A stretch of 64,000 bases of DNA from assembly GCA_029953675.1 (NCBI GenBank), contig JAMWBK010000003.1, positions 310,001 through 374,000 on the forward strand, written 5' to 3'. The stretch's first letter is position 1, and each line of letters begins with the position of its first letter. The stretch comes from Rhodosorus marinus CCMP1338. Lineage: Eukaryota > Plantae > Rhodophyta. Both the position numbers and the translations under genes were made by a program. Below the pieces are notes generated by a model, which was not told where the DNA came from, made no database searches, and worked only from the letters and a program-made list of their open reading frames with translations. Positions 37,255 through 50,305 of the stretch are shown here, piece after piece.

Positions 37255-38125
37255 TCTTCTATGATCTTTCTCTATGAGAAGCTTTAGGTCTTCTTTAAGT
37301 GGAAGAGCGATGAGGGTGGAGGTGGGCCGTGAGTTTGTTTGGTGAGAAGGGTCGAGATAGAGGTGGGTCATTTTGCTGGCTGATTGCTTTTCTTCTATGA
37401 GCTTTCTTTATGGGGAGAAGGTTTAGGTCTTCTAAGAGGAGGAAGAGCGACGAGGGTGTTGGGCCGTGAGTTTGTTTTGTGAGAAGAGTCTAGAGAGAGA
37501 GGTGGGTCGTTTGTTGGCTGATTGCTTTTCTTCTATGAGCTTTCTTTATGAGGAAAAGGTTTACGTCTTCTAAAAGGAGGAAGAGCAACGAGGGTGTGGG
37601 TGTGAGTTTGTTTTGTGAGAAAGGTTGAGAGAGAGGGGGGTCGTTTGTTGGCTGATTGCTTTTCTTCTATGAGCTTTCTTTATGAGGAGAAGGTTTAGGT
37701 TGTCTTCTAAGAGTAGGAAGAGTGACGAGGGTGCTGGTGTGAGTTTGTTTGGTGACGGGGGTCGAGAGAGGTGTGTGGGGTTTGTGAGAAGGGTCGAGAG
37801 AGAGGTAGGGGTTTATGGGAAGGGTTGAGAGAGAGGTGGGTCATTTGTTGGCTGATTGGGTTTCTTCTATGAGCTTTCTTTATGTGGAGAAGCTTTAGGT
37901 CTTCTAAGAGGAGGAAGAGCAACGAGGGTGTTGGTGTGAGTTTGTTTTGTGAGAAGGGTCGAGAGAGAGGTGGGTCATTTGTTGGTTGATTGCTTTTCTG
38001 CTTGGGCTTTCTTGATGTGGAGAAGCTTTAGGTCTTCTAGAAGAGGAGGAAGATCGACGAGCGCGTGGGTGCGAGTTTGTTTTGTGAGAAGGGTCGACAG
38101 AGAGGGTGGGTCTTTTGTTGGTTGA
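37255..38125. repeat. ~135-bp tandem (minisatellite) repeat, ~6.5 copies, GA/GT-rich
   Basis: GG(C/T)TGATTG anchor at ~37378, 37516, 37651, 37850, 37985 and 38120; units carry TTCTATGAGCTTTCTT..GAAG(G/C)TTTAGGTCTTCT..GAGGAAGAG..GTGAGTTTGTTT. Confidence 0.93.
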
Positions 38126-38494
38126 CTAGTGGGAGACTTTAGGTTTGCTGTTGAGTGAGATTGGTACTTTTTGGGGGGGAGAGGGTTCCCTTGGAAGAGA
38201 GAAGGCCAGCTAAAAAGGTGATTTCGTTAGGCTCGTCGGAGAGGACCAGTTGTTGAAAGAGAGATGAAAGGCTTTGGCATAGTGTTGTTAAGATCAAGTT
38301 TTCATTATTAAGCAAGAGCTTGTGGGAGAAGTGGGGCACATTTCAGAGAGGTTGATGTTAGCGAGATTGGTACTGAGCCGTGGCTCTTTTTCTTTGGCTT
38401 GAAGAGATTGGCTTTGAGGAGATGCTTTGCTTTCCGGCTGGCTTCGGTTATTGAGAAGCTTTGGATGAGAGCGTAGAAGAAGTGTGTTAAAGGG

Positions 38495-40895
<2,401 letters not shown>

Positions 40896-42170
40896 ACGGG
40901 GTTTACGGGGAGGTTTTATGCTTCCTCCTTCTCCCTAAGGAGAGGGAAGGGAATGGACAAATCACGCACATTGTACAGATGAATTCCGCGGCTATGGGAT
41001 GCTCAATAAAATTCCGGGCCGGTTTGAAAATACTTTCCAAATTTTTGCTTTTCCGTTCCGTTTAGTCTACAATTAGCCCTTTCTCTCTCGTCACCGGCAA
41101 ACAGAAATCTCCAAGGGCGCCAGCGCCGCAGAACAAATACAAAAACAATAACAAAGGCACACACACTCACTCTCACGCGCAGTCACTCACTCTCACACGC
41201 ACTCACTCACCCAACTACTCACTCACAACTACAAATATGGCAGTCACAGAACGGGACCAAAAACAAAAAAAAATTAATAATCGCTCAAACTTTTTCGGAA
41301 AGCCTCCGTTTCAAAATATAAAAGACCCCAAAAACAAAAAACACCACCAGAAAGGAAAAAAATCATTCCCCAAAAACTGTAGAGGACAAATTGGGATCCA
41401 AATACTGGGTCCTCATCCCGGCATGACTAACACCTTGCTTGCCGCACAAACCTTACGATAATCCAACAACAAAAAAATTGGGAGTGCAACTCGAAGTCCA
41501 GTCCGATCCAATCCGTCTCCTCTAATACAAAACTCTCATCGCACCATGCCCAGTCGATCCACTTGGAAACGTGCTGTAGTACGTAGAAGCCTTTCCTGCA
41601 TTTCCTTAGAAGAGCTCTTGATAGTCCAACGCAGTGGGTGGACTCCTGCGGGGCGCTGTTTTCGTAAGTGACCGACGAGCAAAATCGTTCCTTACATTTT
41701 TAAACTTAGCCCGAGGGCATCCACGAGATCCACGAGCCGATCTTCACATGGGAGAGGTAACCATCCGGAAGAATACACTTTCCAAAGCTACACGGTTGTG
41801 GCTCTAGGTACAGCTCCCCGTGTGGAAGTACTCTTACGTCCCGTCAGCACTTGAGCAAGAGGTTCGCTACTCCCGTTTCTGAGAAACGGTAATATCAGGC
41901 AATTGACAGCGTTTCCGTCCCCTCGTTAACATTGTTTCAAGAGAGCAAAATTATTCTTGAAGACGTGAGCAAAGCATTCCAGATGCTGGTTTGATCTGTA
42001 CGCATGCGCCAGAAATATGCACTGCAGTTCGATGGCCACTCGTTTGGGTCGCGTTCCCATGCTCTCTTTTGCAACCGCTTTCTCCTTCCCACTGCTCATT
42101 TCCCACTCTACTTGGCAGGCACGCCTATGGACGTTCTACTTCATGACCTTTGCGCCTAGTCAAAATACCA

Positions 42171-43115
42171 TCACTTGTCCGCCCCAACCCCCTCGTCATC
42201 ATCTTCGTCGAGTTCTCCCAACAACTTCATCAGTGCATTCGTCGCTGCGTTGTGTATCTCCTGTTCTCTCGCCGTACTGAACCTGATGACCGGTCTCAAT
42301 TCAGTCATCAGTTTCACCGCTTCCAATCTTATTTTCATGGAATCAATCTTCAACCTCTTGGCGGCGAGCCTATCCGACTCCGACGAGGACTCCTGGGCGC
42401 GATCGGCTTCCCTTCGACGATCCAGAGTGCTTGAACCGATTGCTTTTTTCAGGATCATTTCGGTATTGCTCTCGTCCTTGTTCGCAGGCTGACCCTGGGA
42501 TGGACCGGCCTCAGGCGGTAGTGATGGTAGCCGCATCGCCGGGCTGACTTGTGGGCCCTGGTCACCTGATTCTGCGCCAGTTATTCTCAACTGCCTAGTC
42601 GCTTTCGGTGGTACAATGGCCTGGCCCTTGGCGTGGGCAGTACTACTCTGTGCTCTAACAAATTTGGCATCTGGAGGCTCCATTTCCGATGTCTTCCGAG
42701 CTCTCCTCTGAAGGAGTTTGGTATCCTTTAAAGTCCGATACGCGGCGAGGCATTCGAACTGGCCTCTGACGGTGAGCTCGTCGTTGAGTACAGCTCGTGC
42801 TTGGTCCGGTGTATGAACATCTCCATTGTACAGCAAAAGCGCGACATGATGCAGGTCATCTTCACTGTCGTACGTCCCAAAAGTCTTTGCTTTTTCCACA
42901 CAGTCTGAAAACTTTTGTGTCTTCGATCGAATCTTCTTCCATCGCTGCTCTACTGCAGGCATCGACCTCGTCGTATTCGGCAAAACCTGCTTGAACTCTT
43001 CATAAACTCTCACAAAATATGACTTCTGCTCTGCTCGAGAATCCTTCGAAGCCTTCAAATATGCTTTGCACAATACCACATCCTCCTCCTCATTCCATAC
43101 AGTCCCTCGCGGCAT
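42171..43115 (-). CDS. Myb/SANT-like, NAM-associated-domain protein of the PIF/Harbinger ORF1 type (intronless, ~314 aa)
   Basis: ATG 43115: WNEEEDVVLCKAYLKAS...Q...RVYEEF...RS...EQRWKKIR...KFSDC...SEDD...ALLLY...QFECLAAYRTL, then a low-complexity and coiled C-terminus. Confidence 0.7.
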   Translation of the reverse strand: MPRGTVWNEEEDVVLCKAYLKASKDSRAEQKSYFVRVYEEFKQVLPNTTRSMPAVEQRWKKIRSKTQKFSDCVEKAKTFGTYDSEDDLHHVALLLYNGDVHTPDQARAVLNDELTVRGQFECLAAYRTLKDTKLLQRRARKTSEMEPPDAKFVRAQSSTAHAKGQAIVPPKATRQLRITGAESGDQGPQVSPAMRLPSLPPEAGPSQGQPANKDESNTEMILKKAIGSSTLDRRREADRAQESSSESDRLAAKRLKIDSMKIRLEAVKLMTELRPVIRFSTAREQEIHNAATNALMKLLGELDEDDDEGVGADK

Positions 43116-44044
43116 CCTCAAACACTCCTCAAACACGAAACCCTCAAAAATTCCCCCAAAGAACCAAATACAAAGCAGAGCTTTCACAAAAAAAGATCTA
43201 AATAAAGACCCACCAAAAACCAGACGAACTCTTTTAACCCATTCCGAATCGATGGATTGCTTTACAAGGACCTATACGATCCTCCTTCATCCTCAGTCAC
43301 CTTCCATTTCCGACCAAACTTCACTGTTTTCTAAACCTTAAAATCTTAGAAATTCCTTCCAAGCTGCTTCTTTTCATCCGTTTCCAAACCTTTCGCTACT
43401 TAGTTCCTCCTGCATTTGCTCTCTCTGTTCGTCTGTCCCTCTTTCCCCCTCAAAACGCGACAAAAATCTTCAGAACGAGCTCACTCCCACAACCAGAACC
43501 CAAACCTTCCGGAAGCTTCTCCCAAGACTCTCAAACTAACAACGTTCCCTGTCTCTCAAACACACAATGAATAAACTGCCCAGCTGTTTGCAAAATCGCC
43601 GCAGTCCTTCACCTCTTTCAGCCAGAACAATAAAAGAAAATAAACACAAAAGTCCTCCACTTGTTCAGCAAGCACACACTCCACCCAAACCCTACGGAAA
43701 CCCACGAAAACGTCTGCTCTTCTTCAAGCTTCCCTCTACCTTCTCCTCTCAATGCTCCTCATATACAAAAACCAATTCCACTCTCTTCCATCCTCTTCAC
43801 CACCTCATCCCTACCCTCCCAAAAAAAACAGAGACCGCTTCTTTCCTCCTCCTCCCAACCAACCAATCTCAAACTAAGCAGCTTTCTCCAGTTTATCTTC
43901 TCTTAATATCTCTATTCCATTCCTTATCTCTTACCTCATCCTCCTACTTTCATCACTGCCTTATTCCCCCTCTCAATTCCCTCCCTCCCCCTCCAAAAAA
44001 AAAAAAACCAAAAACGTCATCATCCACCTCTTCCTCGCCATTGT

Positions 44045-44840
44045 CCCTCATCAACTGGACTGACTCTCCGCATTCTTCCCCGAAAGTCCGTTGAGCTCCC
44101 GATCCCCAAAGTTCTTTCTGGATGGAACAGAGTGTCGGCCTTTGAGGTTGTCTTTTGGAAGCATTTGGACTCACTACTTGTCGTTGTACAAATGGTGCAA
44201 TGTTGAAGTAGACCTGGCTCAGTCTGGCTCAGTCTGGCCTCTCCCCATTTTCCCATCCATTTCGCTCCGCGTTCTTCTTCGCATGTGCTCAGCAATCACT
44301 CATTGAGCTCGACCCGAAAATTTTTGACATCTGAGAGCCATTGGGGGGTTTGGAGGTTTTGGGCCGGATAACAGTCGGTTTGGTATTAGTGCGATGTTGA
44401 AGAGACCTGGATCAGTCTGGGCTCCCCATTGTCTCATCAACTTGACTGACTCTCTGCATTGTTCCCCAAAAGTCCGGTGAGCTCCCGATCCCAAAGTTCT
44501 TTCTGGATTGAACAAAGTGTCTGCCTTGAGGTTGTCTTTTGGAAGCATTTGGACTCACTACATGTCGTTGTACAAATGGTGCAATGTTGAAGTAGACCTG
44601 GCTCAGTCTGGCCTCTCCCCATCCTCGTCGCTCCGCGTTCTTCTTCGCATGTGCTCAGCAATCACTCATTGAGCTCGACCGGAAAAGTTTTTGATATCTG
44701 AGTGCCATTAGGGGGTTTGCGGGTTTTGGAAGCTTTGGGGCGGATAAATGTCGTTACGGTAATAGCGCGATGTTAAAGTAGACCTGGATCAGCTTGGCTC
44801 TCCCCATGTTTCCATTCACGTCGCTCCGCATTTCTTCTCG
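44045..44840. repeat. ~385-bp tandem duplication plus a partial third unit
   Basis: CTCATCAAC..GACTGACTCTC..GAGCTCCCGATCCC..TTGGAAGCATTTGGACTCACTAC..GTAGACCTGG..CAATCACTCATTGAGCTCGACC occurs from ~44045 and ~44433; internal sub-repeat GTAGACCTGG(C/A)TCAG. Confidence 0.9.
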
Positions 44841-45235
44841 TAGGTCCGGATGTGCAAAGCAAAATTCATCTTCGCTGAGCCGATCGGAAGGTCGTCCCTA
44901 TTCACCAGTGCGGGTGGATTGGAACCATTGGACCGGACAAGAAAACTCATTGTGATATGAGTTTCATGGTCTATACGAAATCAAAGAAAAAACTGGCTCA
45001 GTCTGGCTGGGTAGATCAGCATACGCGTTAGAGCTCCCTTCGTTCACTAGTGTGCAATCTGCTAGAAGTAGTTGACCTCCGTCGTATTTCTCCAAACTTC
45101 GGTGCCCTCTATTACTGTTCCCTGCCCCAGAGGCCCACCACTTGGGCCTTATTAATCAACGTCTGCCAATGCATGGCCGCCTATTTTGAGGCCCTCAATG
45201 ATTCCACCTCAGGTATACAGTATACTATCTATCAA

Positions 45236-46073
45236 AGAGTGACTCGTGTGCTCCAATGGTGGCATATACTGACAACAACTCGTGTCTACGCTGGGCGACA
45301 GCCACGGACACCCATTGCGGGAAGGGGTGTGTGGCGTACAGGGGTCCCATATCAGCATATCGACACGTGTCGGTTAAACTGCAAGTACGCACGGGAGATA
45401 TTTGCATATGGTGAAGTACAACTGAGATATCTCAACACGAATGCCCATATCATTCGCAGGTCTTTGAGCAAAGGCTTCATGCCCTGGAACACAAGAGTTT
45501 GATTGACGAGGCCTTCCGCGAACATGTTATGCTCCTACGAACGCAAAGACGGACGCGAAGAGATTAAAGATCGACAACGCTCTGGAGTACAGACGATGAA
45601 GGTGGGTGTGCTTTGCGACATCATGAGGTGTACTGTACCCTCACTGCCGCAAAGACGGACGTGAAGAGATTAAAGATCGACAACGCACTGGAGTACAGAC
45701 GATGAAGGTGGGTGTGCTTTGCGACATGATGAGGTGTACTGTACTCTGACTGCCGCCTTATGCTGCGTTCGTAGGAGCATAACATGTGCGCGGAAGGCCT
45801 CGTCAATCAAACTCTTGTGTTCCAGGGCATGAAGCCTTTGCTCAAAGACCTGGGAATGATATCGGCATTCGTGTTGAGATATCTCAGTTGTACTTCACCA
45901 TATGCAAATATCTCCCGTGCGTACTTGCAGTTTAACCGACACGTGTCGATATGCTGATATGGGACCCCAGTACGCCACACACCCCTTCCCGCAATGGGTG
46001 TCCGTGGCTGTCGCCCAGCGTAGACACGAGTTGTTGTCAGTATATGCCACCATTGGCGCACGCCGGTCACTCT
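45236..46073. repeat. Long inverted repeat: 310-bp arms (45236-45545 / 45764-46073) with a 218-bp spacer containing a ~106-bp direct repeat
   Basis: Arms are reverse complements with ~4 mismatches over the inner ~290 bp (counted by eye). Spacer units at ~45542-45647 and ~45648-45756. Outer IR match 45205-45232 vs 46233-46262. Confidence 0.97.
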
Positions 46074-46310
46074 ACCGGCTTCCCCCAAAAACTCCTGAAC
46101 CCATCGTTGGGTCGTCAGCATATCCCCCAGCGCTTGATGTTCGGCCTGTGCGGGAGGACTGGGCAACCGCGATATTGCGGCCTTGGCATAGTTGGAAGGA
46201 CCGGCAGAATAGCGTAGCATAGTATATCGGGTGGATAGATAGTATACTGTAGACCTCTGGTGTTCACTAACTTCCGAATGTAGTCCTCCTGCGTCAAGTG
46301 AATCTCACGT
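45764..46310 (-). mobile_element. Degenerate, internally deleted Ty1/copia RT-RNaseH relic (with + strand partial copies at ~45205-45650 and ~46380-46460)
   Basis: Copia pol landmarks occur in order across frameshifts: LTQEDYIRKL, GLQY..PDI.YA, AIS, AEHQAL..W..FLGEAG, PMVAYTDNNS, HID..YARE, GEVQLRYLNT, AD. The + copy is followed by GAAGGTGGGTG|TG (PPT/LTR-start-like). Confidence 0.72.
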
Positions 46311-47874
46311 CGCCAGGATCTACGACCCGGAGGCGAACGACTTCCGACATTCTCGACACTGGCGAGTGTCGGAGGATGTCAACGCAATCCTGCCGGTCCT
46401 TCCAACTATGCCAAGGGCGTACTATCATCACCGTCCAACATATTCTGCATTTCTGTAGTAAGCTGAACCAATGCAATGCAAATGCAAAACTCCGGAGAGA
46501 GTGGCTGGTGAAGAAAACATGGCTCGGTGGTCATAAGAGCTACTAGCTCAGTGTACAAACCAGTTTAATGGCATAAGTGTTGGAACTCCATTCCTTGGGA
46601 CTGCTCGACTCTTGTGGCATTGTGAGCTTCGATTCTGCATTGTCCACTGGCAGGATGAAGCCAAGGCGGAAGGAGTGCTGACTCAGTCTGGTGCGCTAGT
46701 TGAGCATATGAGATTTAGCTCCCTGACTATCTAGTGCTCGACTCAGCGTAGTACGGTCATGGGTTCAGCGCTCGTTGTCCTTTTTGAAGAGCAAACTTTT
46801 GATACCCTGACGTGATCGCCCGGTCCTTGTCTGCAAGTCTGAGCTCAGGTCTGGATTGGGATCACCCGAAGTACTATACTGAAGATTGAAAAGATTTTCT
46901 TACTGCTCGGGATGGCTCGGTCTACCCCGTCCAGTACGAGTTCAGTCTGACAGTGTCTCGGCTTTAAGCGGTCGAGATCAGTCCCGTTCAATTCTTTAAT
47001 AACTCAGTCTACGTTGTCTGTGGATTGAAGATTTGGTTCGGATTTTACTTGTAGTATTGCACGGACTTTGAGATTTTCGCTCCAGCAACCTGAGCAAATC
47101 CTGAGCAGTTGAGGGTGTTCCTGGCTTTTTGGTTGGTACAGCTGATCGATTGCTGGGTAATCGAACGCTTTGTCTCGTCCCCTCGCGCTCCAAATGGATA
47201 ACCTGGGAAGTGCTCGCGACTCTTTCACGAGCGGAGCAAAGCTATTTTTTGATTGTTTGACAGTGGTGAGAAGATCCATGTTGGGGACGTCGCGTTTGCG
47301 CTTCTTTCCATATGTAAGGTTGGCTCTCCTTCTCAGCTAGGAACGCCCGGAAAGGGTTAAAAGTCTGTCATTTTCTGCCAAACCCCTTGGGTTCTGAGCA
47401 GGCAAGCCAGTCGATTTACGAAAGCGGACTAATGAAACAAGCATGTCCTGTAAGTCTTGCAGCGGCTTCGGTTCGCAAGAGGTCGTTTTGCAATTCTTGC
47501 GAACAATCTAAATTGCTTCAACACGCTGTTAAGCTTTCTACTGAACCTTCAATCTCTCTGTCGTCGTCACGGAGATGAAGTAAATCTAGTCGTGGACTGA
47601 GAAGCCAGACCCTAGGGCAGAATGTCAAGAGTTCTTGAGAGTCTATTGAAAGTCGATTTTGAGTCCGCCTTCTGGTACTCAAGGATTCGTTTTGCTCTTC
47701 TTGTTGCGCCGAAATATCCATCTTTCTACCGAATCTCTCAAGGCTTTTGTCGTCGTCGTCGTCGGCATGAGGACGGAGGACCGTTGTTAAGCACATTTGG
47801 TATTGAGAACGGACCAAGCAGGGGATGTCAAACTTTGTGAGATTTTGATGTGGAATTGGTTTTGAAAAAAAGCC

Positions 47875-50099
47875 ATGGAAGAAGCTTTGGAGAAGATCTC
47901 AGCTGGTCTTGTTGGTGGAAACAAGGGAAGAGATCGCCGTTCAGCGGCGGAGTCGTCGAATCGGATCACAAGCGACGAGGTTTTGACCAAGCCTCTTCAT
48001 TCATCTCTTGATTTCTTCGGTTCTTACAAGGGTAAAGATTCTGCTTCGGGACATCCTGAACAAGTTAATGTGAAGAAGAGGAAGAGGGATAAGCAGGATG
48101 ACGAAGCCAAGGAGACCAAACCTGTCGCTTTGGGCGTCAGAAAGCGTTACAGAGTCAGGACTGAAGCAGGTCTTCCGGATCCCATGCGGTCGTTTCAAAA
48201 GTGGAAGTTGGAAAAGGCCTTTGAATCGGTTACTGGGGCGTTTGAACTGACCGAGATTCAGTCACAAGCTGCTCCCTGTATGAAACAAAAGTATGAAGTG
48301 ATTGCAGTCGCACCAACGGGGTCGGGAAAGACATTGGCATACATCGTCCCAGTGGTTAAGCTAGCGATGAACAGGAAGAAACCGGTAAGGACAGTTTGGA
48401 AGCCATGAAAGTGGTCTTTTTCTCTTTGGTTGCTGAGAAACAATGCGTGTTTGTTTTCTGCTTTTTTTCCAGCTTGGGGCAGCAGGATGTTTGATCTTGG
48501 TGCCAACGAAAGAGCTGGCGGAACAAGTTGCTAGGGTAACTCAGAGGTTTCTTGACGCTGCTAAAGTAGATGACGAGATAAAACTCAAGCTGGTTGTTTC
48601 CAAAGCGCATGTGAGCGGTTTAGCTGGAGGCGGATCCAAGAGGTTAGCTTCGGGTTTTTATTGGAAGGAATACAGGAAGAGTCAAGAAGCATTTGCTCAG
48701 GTCCTTGTATGTTTCATGTGCAGGGCTAATATCCTTGTAGCAACACCGATGAGACTGGTTCATGCTATACGATCTCGAGCGGTTGAGCTGAGCAGAGTTC
48801 GGGATCTTATACTCGACGAAGCGGACAAGCTCTTCGAGGATGGTTTCATGGATCAGCTGGATGAGGTCCTGATGGCTACTGGAGGGAAGAAAACCAGAAT
48901 ACATTTGTTTTCCGCAACGCTTCCGCCAAAGGTGAGGAATCCTCCAATGAAATGGGAGTGGACAGATCGCTGATGATCAAAGCATGCTCTCCGCTGACCT
49001 TTTCCAAGGTTGAAGAAGTAGCTCGTACGGTGATGAAAACGCCCGTCAAAATCGTAGTTGGCGGACAGAGCTATGGCGGAGGTACGGCCGCCGTAGATGC
49101 ATCAACCGTGAAGCAGAGGTTCATGTTCGCAGACGGACAGGTAGGTCCAAATATCTGTCTAAAGCTTGCGGTCTATGCTTGAGAGTTAGGGTGTCATCAA
49201 ATCTCTAGTGTATCTGACGGGAGGTTTCGTACCCCCTTCGTACCGTTCCGCAGGGAGAAGCTGGAAAAGTTGCTGCTTTCAGGAGGCTGCTAACTGAAGG
49301 ATTGATGCCACCAACGCTGGTCTTCGTACAGTCGCAGGACCGAGCTTCCCAATTGTTCAAGGAGCTGGTTTTTGATGGTGTGAATATTGATGCGATTCAT
49401 GCTAACCGAACTGCAGCTCAGCGATCCACTGCTGTGGAGAATTTTCGTAGTGGAAGGGTATGCTTGCCAACGAATCCGCCAGTTACCGTCGGTTTTCGGA
49501 CTATCGTACTGAATGAAGGCCAAAAACATGTCTTTTAGGTATGGATTCTGATTGCGACGGACCTGATGGCGCGAGGCATAGACTTCCGAACGATTAATAC
49601 AGTGGTGAACTATGATCTTCCGGCAAGTCCATCCGCTTATGTCCATCGAATCGGCAGAACTGGTCGAGCGGGACGCACTGGGCAAGCAATCACCTTCTTC
49701 ACCGAAGACGATAAGCCGCTTCTTCGAAAGATTGTGAATGTCGCCGTCGCGTCTGGGGCTGAGGTGAGTGGTTTCTGTACGCAGCCTACTCAGCGCAGAA
49801 CCTTCGGTAACTTAATGCAGGCCACGTCTTGTTCGCAATCGGGGAAACAGGTTCCGAAGTGGATGCTGGATATCAAGCCAGGTGAAAGAGTGAAAGCCTC
49901 GCTTCAGGAGAAAAGACAGCCGAGAAGAGACCGAATCGGCACCGCCAAGCTGAGCGACGTCGCGTTCAAGCGACCAAGCAAGAAACGGAAACGTCAACGT
50001 CACAATGGAATAGGGTCTGATGATGCGGCCGATCCGTCTGATGCCGCTGATGACCCCGGTGATGAGGATGTCTTTCAGGATGATGAGGACGACGAATAA
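47875..50099 (+). CDS. DDX52: DEAD-box RNA helicase DDX52/Rok1, multi-exon
   Basis: [75 protein letters not shown]. Confidence 0.92.
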
Positions 50100-50305
50100 A
50101 TTCCCGAAACGAAACGTGGGTCCTGGCCTTGTGCAGCATCGCACCGAAACCAGCTTGGACAACGTGATGAAGCGGGGTGGCTGCCGTTCTTACTACAGTC
50201 AGATGAGTTTTCTATATTTAAAAAAATTATTTCAGCAACAATGCGGTATCAAGCATGTCCACTTACAAGACCGGGGCCGCAGATAAATGCCATGCTGGCG
50301 ACGTC

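Noticed and set aside
37255-38125. Regularly spaced repeats as a possible CRISPR array
   Set aside because: Whole units are homologous (no unique spacers), the context is eukaryotic, and there are no cas genes.
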